From positions 1 to 51,623 of the forward strand of contig CAMSMU010000002.1 of the NCBI GenBank assembly GCA_947061115.1: DNA of 51,623 nucleotides, written 5' to 3'. Shown here in pieces: positions 47,990-51,623 of this stretch. The translations under genes and the position numbers were made by a program. The stretch is from an uncultured Clostridium sp. (GTDB lineage Bacteria; Bacillota; Clostridia; TANB77; CAG-508). A model generated the notes under the pieces. It saw only the letters and a program-made list of their open reading frames with translations, did no database searches and was not told where the DNA came from. Position 1 is the first letter of the stretch; the number at the start of each line of letters is the position of its first letter.

Positions 47990-49432
47990 ATGAAGGAATC
48001 AATCAGAAAAACTAAAATAGTTGGAACAATAGGACCTGCTAGTGAAAATAGACTAGAAGAATTATTTGAAGCAGGATTAAATGTAACAAGAATTAACTAT
48101 TCACATGGTAGTTGGGATGAACAAAAAGATAAAACAGAAGAAATAATAAAATTAAGAAAAGAAAAAGATATACCTATAGCAATGATCTTAGATATGCAAG
48201 GACCTGAAATAAGAACAGGTATGTTAGTAACTGGTAAAAACGAAAAAATAAAATTAGAAGATGGACAAAAATTTACATTAGTTAATGATGATATAATAGG
48301 AGATAAAGATAAAGTATCAGTAACTTATAAAAATTTATATCAAGATGTAAAACCAGGATCAAAAGTATTAATAGATGATGGAGCTATAGAATTAGTAGTT
48401 GATAAAATAGAAGGTAAAGATATAGTATGTACAGTAGTACATGGAAATGGATTAGGAAGTAGAAAAACAATCAACTTACCAGGAACATCAGTAAGACTTC
48501 CAGCATTAAAAGAAAAAGATATAGAAGATCTAAAAACAGCATGTGAACATGATTATGATTATGTAGCTATGTCATTTACAAGAGGAAAAGACGATATAGA
48601 TCAAGTACGTAAAGTATTAGATGAAAATGGTGGAAAAGATATAAAAATAATAACTAAAGTAGAAAATGTAGAAGGTTTAGAGCACATGGAAGAAATCGTT
48701 GAAAATGCAGATGCTCAAATGATTGCCCGTGGAGATATGGCTACAGAAACAGACTTTACAGAACCACCAGTAATGCAAAAAAGATTTATAAAACTATCTA
48801 ATAAAGCTAATAAACCAGCTATAACAGCAACACAAATGTTAGAAACAATGACACATCAACCATTACCTACAAGAGCAGAAGCAAGTGATGTTGCAAATGC
48901 TATATATGATAGAACAAGTGCTGTTATGTTATCTGGAGAATGTGCAATGGGAGATTATCCAGTAGAATGTGTTAAAACAATGGATAAAATAGCACATAGA
49001 GTAGAAAAAGAAATAAATTACTGGAAAAGATTTGATCAAAATGAAAATCTTAGATTAGAAACATTAGAAGAATATGTTGCATATTCAGCTTGTGTTACAG
49101 CTAAAAATACAAAAGCTGATGCAATTGTTTGCTACACACATACAGGTAATTCAGCAAGAATTTTATCAGGATTAGGAGCAGGATGTCCTATACTTGCAAT
49201 AACAGATAATAGAAGAACATTTAATCAATTATCATTAGTATGGAATGTAACTCCTATATATATAGAAGGAAAATCAAGTAAAAATGAAACACTAGAAGCT
49301 GGATTCGAAAAATTAAAAGAAAAAGGTATACTAGAAAAAGGAGACTTAATAATAATAGCTGGTGGAGATCAAATATTAACATCTGAAAATGCTCCAGTAA
49401 ATAAAACAATAGGTGGAATACTTAGAGTTTAA
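47990..49432 (+). CDS. pyk: Pyruvate kinase
   Basis: RKTKIVGTIGPAS, NYSHG, MIARGDM and AVMLSGE motifs. Confidence 0.95.
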   Translation: MKESIRKTKIVGTIGPASENRLEELFEAGLNVTRINYSHGSWDEQKDKTEEIIKLRKEKDIPIAMILDMQGPEIRTGMLVTGKNEKIKLEDGQKFTLVNDDIIGDKDKVSVTYKNLYQDVKPGSKVLIDDGAIELVVDKIEGKDIVCTVVHGNGLGSRKTINLPGTSVRLPALKEKDIEDLKTACEHDYDYVAMSFTRGKDDIDQVRKVLDENGGKDIKIITKVENVEGLEHMEEIVENADAQMIARGDMATETDFTEPPVMQKRFIKLSNKANKPAITATQMLETMTHQPLPTRAEASDVANAIYDRTSAVMLSGECAMGDYPVECVKTMDKIAHRVEKEINYWKRFDQNENLRLETLEEYVAYSACVTAKNTKADAIVCYTHTGNSARILSGLGAGCPILAITDNRRTFNQLSLVWNVTPIYIEGKSSKNETLEAGFEKLKEKGILEKGDLIIIAGGDQILTSENAPVNKTIGGILRV

Positions 49433-49445
49433 TATAAAAATCCTA

Positions 49446-49480
49446 AAAAACACTATCATGTAGTTATGATAGTGTTTTTT
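49446..49480 (+). terminator. Rho-independent terminator
   Basis: aaaaacactatcat-gtagtt-atgatagtgtttttt. Confidence 0.75.
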
Positions 49481-49650
49481 GAATTATAATTCACATAAAA
49501 ATAAGTTGTTTTTTTGTATAAAATAAAAAGGATTTATAGTATATGATTATATATAAAAAACAATAAATATGTATAATAGACGAAAAAATTGTAGAAAATT
49601 ATTGCCTAAATATGCCAAAATAAACTTATATATAGTTTAAAGGAGAAATA

Positions 49651-50310
49651 ATGGCAGTAAAAACTACTAAAATAAAAAAAGAACCAATAAAACAAGTAAA
49701 AATAGACAATAAACATACAAAAAAGCAAATAGAAAAATTAAGAGAAAGCGAATCATTATATATTAATAAAACTAAAATAGATGAAAATGTAATAAATAAG
49801 TTTTATAGATTTTATAATTTTAGAATAGAAAAGTTTGATTGTTATGCATTTTTAGTTTCAGGTATTATACTTATTGCAATGGGAATAATATATTTGATAA
49901 AATTAGATAGACATTTTTTAGGTATAGTATGGAATATAATTATTAATACATTATTTATAATGCTTGGGATAATATTTGTAATATTAGCTTTAAAAAGTAA
50001 AAAGTATAATAAAGAAAAAACATTAGAAATAACTAAGCAAGATGTAACTGACTTGGAAAATAAATACTATTTTTATGATGATATATTAATTATAGTTAAT
50101 GAAGTTGGTGAAACAGAAACAAAATATAAATATATAGAAAAAATATATGAATCAAGAAATTACTACTATATATTTACTAATCAGGATAATGCATATATTT
50201 TAGATAAATGCAATTTCACTAAAGGTGATCAATATAAATTTGAAAAATTTATAGATACAAAAGTAGATAAAATATATAAAAAATTATTTAAAATAAGAAA
50301 AAATAAATAA
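49651..50310 (+). CDS. Two-TM membrane protein with a YcxB-like C-terminal domain
   Basis: Two adjacent TM helices, then IEKIYESRNYYYIFTNQDNAYILDKCNF, which resembles the YcxB domain. SD AAAGGAGA. Confidence 0.45.
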   Translation: MAVKTTKIKKEPIKQVKIDNKHTKKQIEKLRESESLYINKTKIDENVINKFYRFYNFRIEKFDCYAFLVSGIILIAMGIIYLIKLDRHFLGIVWNIIINTLFIMLGIIFVILALKSKKYNKEKTLEITKQDVTDLENKYYFYDDILIIVNEVGETETKYKYIEKIYESRNYYYIFTNQDNAYILDKCNFTKGDQYKFEKFIDTKVDKIYKKLFKIRKNK

Positions 50311-50313
50311 CTC

Positions 50314-50341
50314 AAAATCAGCTATGTGAATAGCTGATTTT
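50314..50341. terminator. Bidirectional hairpin terminator
   Basis: aaaatcagctat-gtga-atagctgatttt. Confidence 0.75.
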
Positions 50342-50367
50342 AAAATTTATTTCATATTCAAACTAAA

Positions 50368-50520
50368 TCAAAGCATTGTAACAGTACTTACAAATGTATC
50401 ATTATTAAGTAATTTAAAAAATAGAACAAATAAAGTAAAAATTATAATATATAAAATAGTTAATAAAATATAATGTTTTAATTTAGAATATTTAAAGAAA
50501 TCTTTATGTATTTTTTTCAC
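50368..50520 (-). CDS. Unannotated 50-aa single-TM membrane protein (GTG start)
   Basis: SD AGGAGG is 9 nt upstream of the GTG. Sequence VKKIHKDFFKYSKLKHYILLTILYIIIFTLFVLFFKLLNNDTFVSTVTML. It ends before the shared terminator. Confidence 0.45.
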   Translation of the reverse strand: MKKIHKDFFKYSKLKHYILLTILYIIIFTLFVLFFKLLNNDTFVSTVTML

Positions 50521-50613
50521 AAATAAGTGCCTCCTAAATTTAGTATATGTAAGATAGTTGTTTTATGTAACTATTATAAGAAATTCACATAATATATTAT
50601 TGAGGAGGAAATT

Positions 50614-50937
50614 ATGTGTAAATGTAATATGAATAATATGAGCAATATAAAAAATTGCAATATGAACAATGTAAATACCATTAATATAACACCAGACGAA
50701 AATTCATGCGAATGTGGTTTTGAAGAAAATTCAGTATTTCCAGATAATTATATGTTTGGACAAAGCTATGTACCAATTCAACGTATGACAACTACATTTA
50801 AATCAGATGTAGGATTAAGAATGGGAACAATATTTCCAGAGTTAGTTAGTCCTTATGAGCCAGGTCAAAGCTTAGAAGAAATTAACTTTTTAAGATGTTC
50901 AAATGAAATTAAGGAGGGATGTAATAGTGGGATGTAA
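50614..50937 (+). CDS. cotJA: Spore coat-associated protein CotJA
   Basis: FGQSYVPIQRMTTTFKSDVGLRMGTIFPELVSPYEPG is the CotJA signature region. SD GAGGAGG. Confidence 0.8.
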   Translation: MCKCNMNNMSNIKNCNMNNVNTINITPDENSCECGFEENSVFPDNYMFGQSYVPIQRMTTTFKSDVGLRMGTIFPELVSPYEPGQSLEEINFLRCSNEIKEGCNSGM

Positions 50938-51211
50938 TTGCAACTGTACTTGCAAAGAAAATAATAGTAATAGAGAAGAAATGATGAATGATATAAGAAG
51001 TTATAATTTTGCTATAACAGAATTAGGACTTTATTTAGATGTTCATCCAGATGATCAAAGAGCAATAGCATTGCATAAAGAATACTGCAAATGCTATAAA
51101 GAAGTAATGGATAAATACCAAAGAATGTATGGACCACTTTCTATATTCTATCCATGCAATAAATGGAGATGGTTAGAAGAACCATGGCCATGGGAAGGAG
51201 GTAATTTCTAA
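50927..51211 (+). CDS. cotJB: Spore coat protein CotJB
   Basis: FAITELGLYLDVHPDD...YGPL motifs. GTG 50927 is 8 nt after SD GGAGGG. Confidence 0.85.
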   Translation: MGCNCNCTCKENNSNREEMMNDIRSYNFAITELGLYLDVHPDDQRAIALHKEYCKCYKEVMDKYQRMYGPLSIFYPCNKWRWLEEPWPWEGGNF

Positions 51212-51417
51212 TGTGGACTTATAATAAAACTTTACAATATCCAGTAAAAATAAAACAAAAAGACCCAAGACTTGCTAAATTTATAATATCTCAATATGGT
51301 GGTCCAGATGGAGAATTAGCAGCATCACTTAGATATTTAAGCCAAAGATTTGGAATGCCAGATCAAAATGCAAAAGCAATTCTTAATGATATAGGTACAG
51401 AAGAATGTGCACCATGA
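51211..51417 (+). pseudogene. cotJC: CotJC (manganese-catalase-family spore coat protein), interrupted after codon 65 of an expected roughly 190
   Basis: MWTYNKTLQYPVK...QYGGPDGELAASLRYLSQRF...DIGTEE matches the CotJC N-terminus. The expected (F/L)AHLEMI is replaced by CAP-stop. Confidence 0.8.
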
Positions 51418-51427
51418 TGTTGTCAAT
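51416..51427. repeat. Left arm of a 12-nt inverted repeat (GATGTTGTCAAT)
   Basis: Its partner at 51610-51621 reads GATGATGTCAAT on the opposite strand (11 of 12 match). Confidence 0.6.
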
Positions 51428-51597
51428 AGTATTCTACAAGATGAAAATGTTTACTCGATATAGAATCTTTAGGTAGATTATTTAAAATAGACAGAACTGG
51501 AATTACAAGACATATAAATAATATTTATAAAGATGAGGAATTAAAAGAAGATAGCATATGTGCAAAAATTGCACATATGGGTAACAATGGAAAATAA
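51419..51597 (+). pseudogene. Decayed fragment of a RhuM-family (virulence/DNA-binding) gene
   Basis: LGRLFKIDRTGITRHINNIYKDEELKEDSICAKIAHMGNNGK resembles the RhuM N-terminal region. The upstream piece ILQDENVYS is in another frame, and the ORF is far too short for the family. Confidence 0.45.
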
Positions 51598-51609
51598 CAG
51601 TATTTTATA

Positions 51610-51621
51610 ATTGACATCATC
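51610..51621. repeat. Right arm of the 12-nt inverted repeat (ATTGACATCATC)
   Basis: See 51416-51427. It lies 2 nt from the window end. Confidence 0.6.
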
Positions 51622-51623
51622 GC

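Noticed and set aside
50521-50613. A sigma-E-type promoter for the cotJ operon (CATAATAT about 25 nt upstream of the SD).
   Set aside because: There is only a partial -10-like match and no convincing -35 element. This is too weak to annotate from sequence alone.
1-51623. CRISPR arrays, tRNA/rRNA genes, riboswitches, transposases or integrases.
   Set aside because: Reading the intergenic regions showed no regularly spaced direct repeats, no cloverleaf-like or GC-rich structured RNA segments, and no recombinase-like ORFs. The only mobile-element trace is the RhuM-like fragment at the 3' edge.

Overview
The window is very AT-rich (by eye) and comes from an endospore-forming Firmicute (Clostridia-like). 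Almost all genes are on the + strand. All family calls rest on motifs read from the translations and on gene order; no searches were run.

Gene content in order:
- 1-4.2 kb: spoIIIAB-AH sporulation operon, 5'-clipped by the window edge.
- 4.4-6.4 kb: an LtaS-family transferase.
- 6.37-7.02 kb: a 650-nt non-coding stretch.
- 7.0-11.7 kb: a tsaB-rimI fusion, a Lon-like AAA+ protease and ychF.
- About 12-31 kb: a roughly 19-kb Wzx/Wzy-type surface-polysaccharide island. It holds a tiny sortase substrate, 2 LCP genes, the priming transferase, glycosyltransferases, glf, pyruvyl and acetyl transferases, a 7-repeat propeller protein, and a Wzz/BY-kinase/PHP-phosphatase module.
- 31.4-39.5 kb: the core block pyrH-frr-uppS-cdsA-rseP-polC, without dxr or ispG.
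- 39.5-42.9 kb: a YihY-family protein, an odd 544-aa pilin-leader/flagellin-fold protein and a DUF1294-like protein.
- 43.0-47.3 kb: a trimeric HydABC-type [FeFe] hydrogenase.
- 47.3-50.3 kb: comEB (- strand), pyk and a YcxB-like protein.
- 50.6-51.4 kb: cotJA-cotJB-cotJC.

Most interesting observations:
1. The flagellin-homology gene has lost its D0/export segments and carries a pilin-like N-terminal helix.
2. That gene is bracketed by the two halves of a promoter-sORF-(TA)n module. The module recurs as gene-less, collapsed copies at 40.37-40.55 kb and at 6.39-6.63 kb.
3. Simple-sequence tracts sit at sensitive positions in the glycan locus: (AC)9 inside a CDS and G7 at a Shine-Dalgarno (SD) site.
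4. cotJC is interrupted after codon 65 by foreign DNA carrying a decayed RhuM-like fragment and 12-nt inverted repeats.
5. Two well-signalled small genes fall below the ORF-track cutoff.

I saw no tRNA, rRNA or CRISPR array.
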